Shown here: in pieces, positions 36,334 through 48,457 of the stretch
Position numbering within the stretch: the stretch's first letter is position 1
Layout: each line of letters starts with the position of its first letter
Assembly (NCBI GenBank): GCA_036172245.1
Contig: JAYWIR010000045.1
Location: 248,001-312,000 of the forward strand
DNA from: Raillietiella orientalis
Taxonomy: Eukaryota
Length of the DNA: 64,000 bases
Direction of reading: 5' to 3'
Notes under the pieces: model-generated
What the model saw: only the letters and a program-made list of their open reading frames with translations
Told to the model about the DNA's origin: nothing
The model's database searches: none
Program-made: the position numbers and the translations under genes

Positions 36334-37729
36334 AATCACACAGTAGTGTTCCTAGTGTTTCAACCACTCTTTCCAATGATGGTGGCAGTTCCTCTATGCA
36401 AGCAAACCGATTGCAAGAAACTTTTCTTCCGTGCTTCCCCTCTGCTGTCCTGAGGGATGCCGAAGCCGGATTCGATCATCTGTATATCTACCTGCTGAAT
36501 CTTCCCTCCGCCCACTTTACTCGGTTCTTTGTTTTACTCATGTGCTGATGTCACGAAAGGTGTGCAATCGTACACGCTGCTGCATTCACGGACATTCACG
36601 GACTTCAGCCGTGTGTGCTCCTGGGTTTCTGGCAACTGTGAGTTCGCATCCATCTTCCTTCGTTCCTCCCCCCCCCCTTTCCCCCTCTCCCTTTTTCCCA
36701 GTGAGTTATACCATCATTTTATTCCAGTTGGCCGCACGGACTCCTTTCCGTCCTCCTATTTCTCTTTCCCTCTTCGCATGGGATCGAGATTCGAAACACA
36801 CTTGGAAACGCTCTTATCCGATTTCTTTTAATTCTGGGAAGAGATTCGTTAACTTCTCTCGGGCATCGGAATACTAATGTAAATCGTATTTCATGATTTC
36901 GGTCTCACTTGCCGGTTTATCGATCCCATAAGGTCGGCGAAAGACGTCTCCCTGCTTCGGCAGAGAGACTTCGTCTCCAATGAATCAAATAGCTCATATC
37001 ACGGATTCCGGCCGAATCGAATTAAACGCAACTTTGGGAGGAAACTCCGGCGTTGCCACAGTGACGCCACGGTTGCTTTACTCAGTCGCAAGTGACCCAA
37101 CTTTGAATGAGATTACGGCAAGCGTTTGAAACAATCACGGAAATGAGGACCGACTCCATTCCGATTTTCGAGACCTCCCAATCTTCTTCCTTCCCTTCTC
37201 CTCATCTCATCAGTACGCAAGAGTTTTCCGGAAACGCCACGCGTGGAAGAATCTCTTTTTAGTTTCGTTGCTTTTTCTTTTCTTTTCGAGGATCCCCAAG
37301 AAGTGACGCCCCTTCGAAATTCCTTTGTCCAATTTTCTTCTCACGTGGCGCTGTCCCGTTTCCCTCTCATCACGAATCGCCACGGTCTGTTTGCCACTTC
37401 TGAAGAGATTCTGGATGTGAGCTTCGTCCGAGGGCTCAATCAGTTCGTAACCATTGGTGTTTTCACCCGGCCATGCCGTTTACTGCACGAAAGATTTACA
37501 GAAAAAAACAGTCATGTACAGTATAGAAATGTCTTCGTATCTTTGTTTCTTCGTGGTTCCACAGCACTACCACGAAGTGAAATGTTTCGGAGACGGTGCT
37601 TCTCGTGAGCAGATCCCCCGATGGGATCCGCACAGAAGTGCGGGCAGGGGTAAACCAAAAGAAAAAAGCACGCACACACGAAAGTCCAGTTTAAAAATGT
37701 GCTGGGGATGGGGAAGCCATCTTCGGGAT

Positions 37730-38290
37730 GGCTAAAGCCATGCTTCAGGACCCTCTGGAGGATGCTGACAACTTCCTTTTTTTTGCTGGCAGAGATATGG
37801 CCATCTTTGGCGGCTCATAGAGGAACGGACGATTGGAGTGACCTCGCCGTCCGACTGCCCGTACCAACTGGTGCGATGAGCTCTCGGCAGCACCCTCGAT
37901 GATCTGCTCTGCTGCTCCCGAGCTCCGGCATTGCTTCCGCAAACCACCTCACGCTTTCCCCTTTTTGCGATTTCTTGGTTTCCATCCTTCGAGAGCTTGC
38001 TTTGAGCATAAATGAAGTGACCGCGTTTGGATCACAAGCACCGCAAAATGCGACGTGGCTTTGCTTGTCAGCCGGCCGGAGACGAAGTGCATGGTCAGGT
38101 CGCACTCCCTTGACTTCCTCCGAATACACTCTCAGAAGCTCCTTCATTGGGTTGCATCGAGCAAGAGCAGCAAACAGCGATGTTCTCGCACGTCGAGAGC
38201 ATCTTCAGCAGAGAGTCGTAGAAGGGTGCTGGCTCAGTGCCGCGAAGGTTGTTCGGACGTCCAGAATGTCAGCGTTGTGCGAAGAAAGGT
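37730..38290 (-). mobile_element. Possible retrotransposon gag relic
   Basis: SQKGESVRWFAEAMPEL resembles the gag Q..GES+..FA..L motif. Confidence 0.3.
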
Positions 38291-38699
38291 GAGGTGAGCG
38301 TGGGGATATAATCGTTTCAGAACAGTCCGAGCACTCTGGATGAAGGTTCTTCAGAACGGCTTCGAACATCCAAGGCGGAACAGCAGTTCCGGAGGTGTTA
38401 GCTCCTCGATCAAGCATAACATTCGGGTTGCTGTTGCCAGGTTGCTTCAGAACTTGATATCAGTTGTACCATAATCTCAACAACGACCACGGTCACAACG
38501 AAGAATGCGCAAAATGTGTAGAAAGGTCCTAAGAAAACAAGCCGAGACTTTGGTGCATGCGATCCCGGAAAACATACAGAAATGAAGAGGCACTCCTGAG
38601 GAAGAAAATCACTGATTATGGAACACAGGCATACGTGATGACACGTTCATATTTTCCCACTTGGGTTCAAAGTGCGAAGGATGGCATGGTTCACCTGAT

Positions 38700-39150
38700 A
38701 TGAAAGGGAAAAAGAAAATCCACGAATCAGTCAAATGCTCTCACATAGGTTCCTAAGCATCTCGTGTGGTCCTATGCTGACACCAAAAGCGTGTGATACG
38801 GAGGAGTCCATCAGAACCATTGCATCGGGAAGGAGAAAAGAATCACCGAGAAATACGACGGACTGGCAGCCCGGATCGGTGTTAAAAGTGACTTCAAGGT
38901 AATGATAGTGGACGCTTGCTGCCCCTACGAATCTTCCATTGGGGAACCAGAGGAGGAAAGATGAAGAGAGGGAAGCAACTGCAGAGGGCTGACTCTCCAT
39001 TATGACGATGTGTGAGTCCCAGTGTCCTTCAGAACGATCGTTGCTGGATGCATAAGAGCATGGGATCCGGCAGATGGGGACCTCTCAGAAGGAATCATGA
39101 TCTCTAAGCGATGGGAGGAACACATCAAGAAATAAACATCAAGAAAACAC
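38700..39150 (+). mobile_element. C-terminal relic of an RLE-type (R2/NeSL/Utopia group) non-LTR retrotransposon
   Basis: KVMIVDACCPYE...VPVSFRTIVAGCIRAWDPADGDLSEGIMISKR matches the restriction-like endonuclease pattern IDV..P(F/Y)E...IVxG.+G.W. A CCHC-like remnant precedes it. Confidence 0.55.
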
Positions 39151-39989
39151 GCCACTCCAAGGAGATCTGCTGTAGTCACAGGCTGGGCCACCAGTCGAGA
39201 TGAAACCTTCGTGAGACCTGGCCGCGAGAGGAGAAGACATGAGTACTCCACGGTGCGTCTGCGGGCTCTACCTAAGAGGCACATGATGCTCTCTGAAAGA
39301 ACCTCTCTCAATACACGATGCGTTCAGACCTCACACTTCGAAAAGAAAGTCCGAGGTACTGCAGCATGCATTGTGCAGCCCTGATTTGGTTCCGTGAGGC
39401 TCCTTTCTGTTTGGTTCGATATGAATAAAAAGTTAAGAGACAAACTCTACCGGATGGTCAGGAACAGAAAAGCGCTGCGAGTGACTCATGAGATTGGAAC
39501 TTGGAACCCGGAATCGACAGAATATGGACCAAGTGCGTGGAGGCGAATCGCGGTTGCCTGGAAGATAGTGGTGTTTGCTTTTACTTCATTCTTGCGAATG
39601 AAAAAGATGCACACCAATAAACCTGGCTTCTGAACCACACCCTTTTCACCGCCAGTGCTTCGTCGGGTATGGGAAGGACTTGAAATGCAGAACAAACCAT
39701 CCTCCTCTATCGGTAGCCATGCTCTCTCTACAGCTCTCAACGAATCTAAGCTTCCGGTTAATTGATATGCACCACCTTGGTTCTCTAGAATCCTTCCAGT
39801 GTCTCCACGTTCCGACTCCATTTTTCCCAATCAGACTGAGACTCCTTACTAATTTTTCGGAAAACGGTCATCGAATCCCTTTTGCAGAACTAACGGGACT
39901 GGAGCGGGTTTTCGTTCGCGTAATGATTTTTCGCTCGATGTCATCTTTTGTTCCATTTGACAAGATGAATGGAGTAACGTATCATCCAG

Positions 39990-41275
39990 GATGTCAGAGG
40001 CAGTCAGAAACCTCAGGATTCTTAAGGAAAGTCAGGGAGTGGTGCAGAAATCGAATCCGTCGTCTTAGGAGACGGAAGAGCGGTCGCAAAGAAAGGTCAG
40101 GGGCTCGGAAGCCTGCGGTTGGGATGCCGTTTAGGAAGGAGCGCTTGACCGCCTTGAGTGCGAAGCTGACGCATTTGGGAGCAGCAGGAGCCATGGGGAA
40201 TCTGGGAATGGATTCCCCGTGCACGCTTGTTGGAACCTGGGACGGATCGACGTCCCGTCCCAGGCACGCGCCGCGGAACGCAGTCTCCGCGCCTTCCGTG
40301 CCGGGGATCCGGGAGATGAAACGAACGAGTCGGGTGCACACCACCGCGCTTCGTCGAGGACTTCTTCCTGAAGACTATTCTCAGCTCCCGGTTCTTTTCC
40401 ATTTGGTGCTATAAAAAGGTGGTTTGTTGGTGCCACAGACTGAGCCTGCAGAAAGGCTGCGATGGCGTGGGGAGGATTTCGAAGGCCAGCAAGGGAGGTC
40501 CTCCGGCACACCTACTGGAAACGAAAAAAAGATGCCACCTAGCCATGGAGGAAGAGCTGACAGTGATCGATGGATCCTCCTCCTCTCGGAGTTTCCTCCC
40601 CGTGATTTTTCAAATGGCTTCCTCCCTCCTTTAGATCAGTTTCATCCCTTTCGACTTCCTGCGGTGCGTACAGTCCAGTCTGAGCAGAGCGGGTGCTTTT
40701 ACCCCTGCTTCCTTCGCTGGCTCCCCGGCGAGAGAAGAGACGGGGAATCCCGGATGACTGCCGTAGCAGTTCGAGATCCGGAGTCTAGTCTCGAGGACTG
40801 GGAGCGCGGGAAGACGGCAGGGAGGAACGCGAAAGGTTGCAAGATGCGTTCCCGGGTGGGGCACAGAGTTCCTCTTGAGATGCTGCGAAAATCCCGAGGA
40901 ACGCCAGGGAATCTGAACCGACGAACCGGGAGGAAGAGGAAAGTAGGATTGGGACGCCAGAAAGACTTGCTCTTTTACTCTCTCCCCTTCCTCGTGCGCC
41001 CAAGGAAGGCTAAGACGCTGCAGAGGTTGGCAGTTGGCTTCCTCATTGTAGCTGGCAGCAAAGAACTCCTCGCCTCCTCCCCTCTCTCCAAAGAGGAAGC
41101 TCTCTGTCTGATGTCTTCTCGGCGACTTCAGGAGATAATGGGAGGAATATTCAGTGGGAAGGCTTTGAAACCAAAGAGGGGGGAGGAGGGAGATCTCATG
41201 TTGATGGCCATTAGCAAGAGAGGAATCAGGATGCCGCTTGTGGTTGAACGCACCCTCCCATCCCTTCCCTTCTGA
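39990..41275 (+). mobile_element. LINE ORF1-like relic (RRM end, zinc-knuckle remnant, low-complexity tail)
   Basis: PGSFPFGAIKRWFVGATDxACRK (~40387-40455) resembles P..+.FG...WY.GQP..C.KC. Confidence 0.35.
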
Positions 41276-42544
41276 TGTGAGACCTCGAAAATTGTTTCAG
41301 CACCCTATTCCCTATTCCTTTACTGACCTCTCTACTCCTTCTTTTCTCCCCAGTTCTGTTCTCAAGGAAGGTTCCAGATCTGTGCATGGAGGTGGTCTTT
41401 AACTACGAAAATTTTATTTAATCCTTTTAAATGACTGCCCGGAAATCTGGGATGGGAAAATCAGCATCTGAGGCTTCTTGGATGCAGAGCCGAAGCTGGC
41501 CTCCATGACCTCACGAGCATCTTCCCGTTTCAAAAGCACAAGAGGGTAATTTCTCTTCTCCAGAGTTGGAGCCGGATCTAGGATTAGCCATCTTCTTCCT
41601 TCGGGTTGCCCAGACGCTTTTCGTCGTCCTTGGGAACGGATTGGAGTGCATCCACAGAAGGATAGACCCAACTCATCTCGTCCAACTCGCCTGTCTCTTG
41701 AGAATTCCAGAGACATGGAATGCAGCCGTCTGGCATTGCGGGAAAAAGTGCATACGAAGGTTTTCCCGTCGACGACGGCTACGAGTGACCAGGGGGCAAA
41801 AAGCACGTACGAGAACTCTGGTTCACACCCTGCTTCACCACCGGGAAACGTGCCAGAGCTCCAGACTAGATACGACCGCACATGCCATCTTCTGCGTTCT
41901 GTTTTGGCTGTGGGGTTTCGTGGTGGAAGGGATTTCTTGGAAACAGAAGAAAAGCACTTTTCAGATCCCTTATGCTTTCAGGGAAACGGTTATGACGTCA
42001 AGACGCCTGCATCTTGACGCCATAGTAGAAGTCATCTGTGGAATATGCGGCAGCCTGGCGAACAGAAAAAGAAACTTCCTGCGTTCCGCTTTGCATTTGA
42101 ACACGGTTTGTGAAGTTTCCCGGTAGATAGCGTCCGTGACAGTGAGGGTGTGTTGCTGCCGTAGGCTGTATTCCTTGTGCATTTCCGCAGCACATCTACT
42201 GTTCGGTGCTCACTCTTCTTGGCCGGAAAGGAGTCTCATCTAGGGTTTTCGATCTACTCGCTCGGAGGGTCCCGAGTGGGGAAGTCCTAATACATGGATC
42301 GACGTTCCGTTTCTCTGTGATGTTTCGTCTTCCGCCAGTTTGTCTGCTGCGCATTCCCGGGTCCATGGAAAGTAAGGAATTTTCCCAGGTGCCACAGAGT
42401 GACACCAGGACGCTAAGTGTCGGTTCTCAATGGGAGAGATGGAGAAGGGTTCCGCCCACCTCAGAAAGGAATTGGTTTCCCAAGAAGAAAAGAGATTGCC
42501 TTTCTGTTGACAGTAGGCCGGGAGACGATGACGCGCGATTCATC

Positions 42545-43375
42545 CGCGTTGGCGGTCCCGTGGCTGAGGTCTCCTCGCGTGGCACCAAGCGCTGCGGGTT
42601 CGAACCCCCTGGTGGAGAATCGACGCCAGAAAAATGGGTGCGTCGTCGGTTTCGAGTTCCTCCCTCAAGATGACGCTGGCTGGCCTACTGGCTTCGGGTG
42701 TGGCACCAGTGGAAACCGGATGGTGACCTCGTTGAATGGCCGGGATTTGAAAGTTGACCCTCCGGGATCCTTCCAGGAATCAAGGAGACGATTTTCTCTG
42801 AGATTCCCCTCCGGTCGTGCCAATGAAGCCCCTTCCCCTTCGAAGATGACCTTCCATCGCGTGCCACGAAGCTGGCTGATGCCTCTCCAGAGTGCGGGAA
42901 GCGCGTTGCTCTCTTCGACGAACGAATAATTCAGAGACATTTGGAATTCCTTCGAGGTCCTCTTCAGAGGAAGAAACGAAAAGCAGTTTCCCTTGTGGAT
43001 TCCCTCCGGACAGGAAATTCCAGGAGAGGTACCTTCCAAAGAGAATGAGGAAGAGGTTCCCTTCGGAGACAACGAGGATGGAAGTTCCCAAGTGTGAGAT
43101 GAGACCCCTTCCTCCAGAGCCCTTCCAGGATTCACAGTGAGGTCCCTCCGGGATTGCCCCATAACTTGAAGAGTCACACGCACCCGCGGGTGGTGTGAAC
43201 AGCGTTAAAGAGCTCCGTGGGCACCCCCTACACTTTGATCTTAGCTAAAAGGCCGAGAAGCGCCTAGGGCACCGCCTAAGGAGGCGAACGGTTCTTCAGG
43301 ACTCCTTGAGAACCAAAAAAAATTTTTTGAAAGGAAGCAGCGAAAAATGAGAACCCCAAAGGACTTCCATCATCG
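42545..43375 (+). mobile_element. Full-length tRNA-headed SINE carrying a U2 insertion
   Basis: A-box-like tggcggtcccgtgg near 42550 and B-box gggttcgaaccc at 42596-42607. The body contains cccttcggag repeats, followed by an A-rich segment and the tail gcagcgaaaa..cccaaaggacttccatcatc. Confidence 0.85.
43228..43262 (-). pseudogene. U2: 3'-truncated U2 snRNA retropseudogene (about nt 3-37 of U2)
   Basis: The minus strand reads CGCTTCTCGGCCTTTTAGCTAAGATCAAAGTGTAG, the U2 5' end up to the start of the branch-point-binding GTGTAG. Flanked by gggcacccccta (43219-43230) and gggcaccgccta (43267-43278). Confidence 0.9.
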
Positions 43376-43981
43376 TTTTTGTGTCCCGTCACAACCAGGT
43401 GACATCATCATCCTTGTGGAGTGATGGCTGGGAGGTCAATCGTTTGGTTATTCGTGGTGTTTCATGGATTTCTTAACCCCCTCCTTCCTTCAAATCTTCC
43501 TGTACCCCTTCCTCCGTCTTTGCGGGAGAGCCCGCAGATCACGAGGGATTTCCGACGGAACGATGCTTCGTTTCCCATTCCGACCTTTTCCCCTAAAAAC
43601 AAGCGAAACTCTGAAGGAACTCATCTCATTACTGAGTTGCAACTTCAAAACAGACCAGCATCTTCTGAGCGTCTCTGGTTTTACATGAAAGACAAAGTGA
43701 TGAATAGTGGAAGAAGTAGTAGTAGCAGATGAAGGATGGAAAGTTGCAATTTTCAAACAGAGATAAACGTCGAAGTTGTCTCGATCCATCCGGTGATTTT
43801 GCACGGCAATTTTTAAATAGTGCTTCCGCGTCCCGGAGAAGAATTTAGGTAAGACGACGGAAGAGGTCCTCACAGATCAACGATTCTGGTTGCCCTTATG
43901 GAATTGGGGATGTCTTCGCTCCTGGGACGATGCTCGTGCAGACCTCAGGTTGAGTTCACCGACACGTGAGTGCTGCTTTTG

Positions 43982-45335
43982 CGTCGTTCGGTCACGCCAG
44001 CGCGTTTATTCTCAATAAATGACAAACACGAATGAAGTTCCCAGAGGAAAACAAACAAAAATTCAAGGGGAGGCTCGGCTGACATGCAGGTCGGTCACTC
44101 TAGTAGTCCGGAACTCATGGAAGGGGCGGAAAAACAAACACGAGAAGAGACTGGAAGGCAAGGGCAAGGATCTTTGGCTTTTCCAGTTCCTTTTCGTGAA
44201 ATACGAAAAAATCCAGAACGACAGAGAGGGGACAATGAGAGGAAAATAAGTAAATAAATAGAAGGGAAGGGTGTGGACGAGTAAAGAAAAAAAAAAAAAA
44301 AAGGTGTGTTTGGACAGAAGTCATTACTTTTAGCCGTTCGTTCCACCTAGAACCGGCGCTAGATACCGGCATTCTGCGCCCTCACTTCATCTTTTAGGTG
44401 AAGCCACCCTCCAGCCGACCTCATGTGGGCGACTGCCATGCGGGTGGGCACCCGCCGCTGCGCGTGGAGTCTGCAAGACACGGCGGACCGCGACCATGGC
44501 GCGCACGCAACATGCCGTCGCGATCGCCGTGCCAGTCGAGAGTTCACCGCATGCGAAGAACCGCCGCAAGTCGTACGCACTGTCCTCCTGGTGCAGGAGA
44601 GCTGTAGTCAGCCTGCGCCACAGGTCACGGAGAACACTGCAGTCGAAAGGCAGGTGCGGGTCGATTCCGCCGATTCTCACCTGGCACAGTTTGGGGATGC
44701 AACCCCACCGGAAACGAGGATGCAGGCTCCAGTAACATGGTCTGCCTCCAGGTCACAGGGAACACGGAAGCGTTCAAACGCAAGTTTTTCGGCAGCGACA
44801 CTTGACAGTTCGGACTACCGAAGGAGTCGCTTTGCCTGGATACGCGGGGCGGTAGCATCCGCCAACTCACGCATCTTCCGGCCGCCCAGGAGTTTCGTCT
44901 TTCCTGCGATGGCACAGGAGAAAACCCACTTGCCTTCAGGGAAGACAGCACTGCGGAAAGAGATGTGGCGGCGGCCAGGGTAGATCACATCGTTCGAGTC
45001 CTGCATCACCGCTTCCCGAGGACGGCTGAGGGAGTGGCGAAAAGTGCCAAGTTCTTCCGGGTGCACTCCTTGATATGCAGTCCAGGACACAACCGTCTCC
45101 TGCCGCCGAGAGTAGAGTTCAGAAGGCGGCAGGAGATCTAAGCTTCCGGAAGGGTGGCGAGTGGCCTTTAAGGGAAGCCACCTCCCCGCATTCTGTACTG
45201 GGATCGCGGCAGCAACGAGAGAAGTCCTTCGCTGCAGGCTCCATTCCGAAGGAAAAGACACACCACGGGGTAGTCCACGGCCTAGGACGAAGTGACAGCA
45301 TCCGAAACTGCACCTGCAACCCCATTCTCTCTAGC
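43982..45335 (-). mobile_element. 5'-truncated L1/Tx1-like LINE, copy D
   Basis: DPHLPFDCSVLRDLW zinc-finger remnant and homology to copy C. AATAAA at 44005-44010 (minus) followed by the terminal motif. Confidence 0.7.
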
Positions 45336-45756
45336 CTCCGTTAGCATTCTAGAGTCATCTTCAGCATCCTGATAGGGTGCAGAGAGCCTCGTCTTTACAG
45401 AGGCGAATCCTCGATTTCGCTAGTCTCTAAAGAGCGTTTCTCAACAAGCTTTGAGCTCGGAGCTTGGCCGAGTAGGGATGACAAGCAAACAAAAAGCAAG
45501 GAGCGGAAGAAGGGGCAACAAAGGTGTTCTAAATGGCAGCCGTTCCAGCAAGACGAACCTCCCATCCAGGAACGGGCCGGCAGCCACCTCAGCCTTTTGA
45601 AGGCAGTCCGACCACTCCGGAACGCTGAAATAAATTCCCGAGGCGATTTCCAGGCAGGTCCCGTTGTTCTGCCCCTCCCATGACTCACCCACCGGTACGA
45701 CCATGCACTTCGTCCCATAGACGCTCATGGCCGCTCCCTAAGCGATCAGTTCGATT

Positions 45757-47110
45757 CTCACCGGGGTCAGCCGGAGCATTTATTCAAAAATAAACATATT
45801 ACGACAACTGTGGTCGGACCTATGGTCCGACCACGCACAATTCAATGGAGACCTTTCGGGTCACTGTTTGCAGATTAGCGCAGACCACCACGGCAGCAAA
45901 GGGGAGGGGGCAAACAAAAAGAAAAAATAAATTAACAAAAAATAAAAATAAATACACTTTGGGCCTGAGGGAATCAAGCGATCATTGTCAGTTGGTGGTA
46001 TGTCCTGTCCATCCTCTGTAGGATGTCGGCAAGGTCCTGCTACATGCTATTTTCCAGGCAGGACATCGCATTGCTATCCTGATGAAAAGGACGGCGAAGT
46101 GGATGGCATCCCTATCGCTGGATCTTCCCGTTACTTTGCTTTAAGTAGCGACGATCCCGAATAGGCAACGCAGGGCTGCCAGAGAGACCACCGGCGTCGC
46201 GAACGAACAGGGTTTTCAAAGCCGGAGGGCAACACAGTCCACTAGCAGGTGGGGGAAGGATTCATGTTCCCCGCACCTGACACAGTTGGGGTCCACACTC
46301 TCCAGCGTCCAGTGATGCCGGTGGGCGTTGCACGGGAGATCCCCGAGCAGCACCAACAGGACGCCGACTCCTGCCACTGCAAGGGGAGCGTGCGGATGTC
46401 GACGAGCACAGAAGACCACTTCAGATGTTCCAAAGGAACAGCCAGTAGCTCTCCCTAGCGCAAGAGTCCGTGGATGATGTCCTCGGGGTCACAGCGTCGG
46501 TAAGCTGGCCCGTCTGCCACTCACCAGTCCTTTCTTTCTTTCGGAGATGTTCGCTTTCACAGCGCTGCGATGAGGAAAGTTCTTCCTGCCCACGCGCTTT
46601 TTCTGGGATCCTCCAGGATCTCTCGGAGCGTGCGCCGGCTGTTGTGCACGAACAGGAACCGGAGCACCTGTTCCGTACGTTGCTCCTCGCCCGCGAACAG
46701 TTTCCTGTAACCAGGTACTACCGTTCGCGAAGGATCAGTTCGAAGAAGTTCTCGAGCTGCGCTGTCAGGGTGGACATGGGCAGCAGGAGAAGTAGTTCGT
46801 TCTCTTAGGCCGTCACGCCCGGAGTTCCCAGAGAGGAACTGGGCAGGTTGGCCAGCTGCACTCCCTCAACACCAACTCAAAGTGGATGCTGAAGAGCATG
46901 AAGCTTAAGCTGTTGCCCTGATCAATGCCTTTGCACACGTTGCAGCCGCAAAGAAACGCTGGCGATCTCGTGGTACCAGCGGGAGCGCAAGTGAGATTAG
47001 GAGCTGTGCTGAGAGACCGAGTCGTTTCAAGATCTTCAACACCATACTAGTGGCAGCCGCCGAATAAAACATGTCGAACACCTTATGGAGGGCAGACCGA
47101 GTTCGGTGAT
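45757..47110 (-). mobile_element. 5'-truncated L1/Tx1-like LINE, copy E
   Basis: Intact zf-RVT motif WTLESVDPNCVRCGEHESFPHLLVDC. Perfect 11-bp hairpin at 45810-45834. AATAAA at 45779-45784 (minus) followed by the terminal motif. Confidence 0.8.
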
Positions 47111-47149
47111 AAGTCTGCGGGAGGATCTCACTCTTCAGTCTTAGAGAGT

Positions 47150-48270
47150 CCTGTGCTCTACATCGAACGGGAGCGGCATCTCCCTAACGTCTGTGAGGAA
47201 GCAGAAAGGAAAGTGACGTTCCACGCCACACTCGACAGAAGCCCTGGACGGAACGTGCTCTTCAGTCAGTCAGAGTTTCGGATCGCACTGCGCCGTAGTC
47301 CGGAGAGGAGCCGATGGAATGATATCGGATTCCTAACGCAAGAGCTGTTCTCCTTTAGAAAGGCGCAACAGGAGAAAAATTTGATCATTCTTCAGTTACA
47401 TCTTTCTCAAAGTAACATTGTTAGCTCTCCAGGGTGAAAGCAGATCGCCTTTCTGGATTTGAAAGGCGATCAGAAGTCTGATGTCTGAAGTCTGATCTGT
47501 CCCTGATGTCTCACCACGATGGCACAGTGTGCAGGGATCTCGGTGCTCCTCTTCTAAAGATTTGCAAGACCCCAGGAAGGATGCAGCCGTTCTCTGAGAT
47601 GCAGCTGAACGTGGCAGTCTTAGAGGCTGTGGTGATCATCGAAGCTGCGGAAGGCATCACTCTGTGGCAGGTTAGCTTCGGCCTTGGTGACCGAGGAATT
47701 CAGATCTTCACGACCACTGATGGCTGTGCGTTGCGCTGAGGCTGCTCTCGGTATTCCCTGTGGAACTGACCCAACATTCGAATCAGAGGATCGCTGTTGA
47801 TCCTTCACGGAACCACCTGATGCCTGACCACCACTCCTCCTGCTGTCTTGAGCTCGCACTCTCGTTGGTTTGGTAAGGTCTCAAGTTTCGGTTGCTGCCT
47901 TGAGCCAGCTTTTCAAAGCCAGTGTCAAGTAGAGACTTTACTCAGCTTGGCGAGAGACTTTCCGTAGCCCTGCAGCAGTGCACATGCCAACTTTGAAGTG
48001 CTTCTGGTACCTTCCATTGGAACTTTCGGAGACAAGATCCCGAGATCCTGCAGGCACATGAGCTCATTCGGAGCGTTGATTCCACGGCCCAGCGCGGATC
48101 GTTCAGCGCCTTCCTCGAGTCCCGGTCCGCGTGAAGGGACTGCCGGATTTCTGTCGGCTTCCATTCCCTGCTCTGGCTGGGTTCGTCTGAGGTTCGCCCA
48201 CGATCTCGAGACGCGGCAGGCAAGTCGCAGAGGAGTCTCGAACAATGCCAGAATCGAAATGGTCATCACC
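47150..48270 (-). mobile_element. Degenerate RLE-type non-LTR retrotransposon (thumb/linker, CCHC, endonuclease start)
   Basis: AGGVVV..RINSDPLIRML (GG+G..L.S.D..+R), CTLCHRGET and KNDQIFLL occur in the expected order. Confidence 0.4.
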
Positions 48271-48457
48271 TACGATGTGTCAGACACCAATGACGAGCAC
48301 GGGGAATGAAGGGGAAGCTGGAAATATTAGTCAGTGCTCTTTTGCCATCTTGCAAACCGTATTAAGGGTCTTAATATTTATTTCGTGGCTTCATAGGATG
48401 TCTGGAAGCAGCCTCCAGGGCTGAAATTTCTTTTTTCTATCTTTTAAGCCTTCAGAG

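Noticed and set aside
36548..36637. Possible first exon of a second DUF4728-like gene (MSRKVCNRTRCCIH...GFLAT|gtgagt)
   Set aside because: It has a good donor and a CC motif, but no matching downstream exons were found and the peptide similarity is weak.
41430..42500. Gypsy RNase H/integrase relic on the minus strand
   Set aside because: Only vague resemblance, with no diagnostic motif intact enough to support a call.
42545..42620. tRNA genes at the GGTTCGAAYCC motifs (also near 2820, 10610, 49220 and 56695)
   Set aside because: No consistent cloverleaf or acceptor stem, and each motif is attached to the same ~700-bp body, so these are SINE heads.
43228..43262. Functional U2 snRNA gene
   Set aside because: Only 35 nt are present, with no Sm site or 3' stems, and the fragment is embedded in a SINE between direct repeats.
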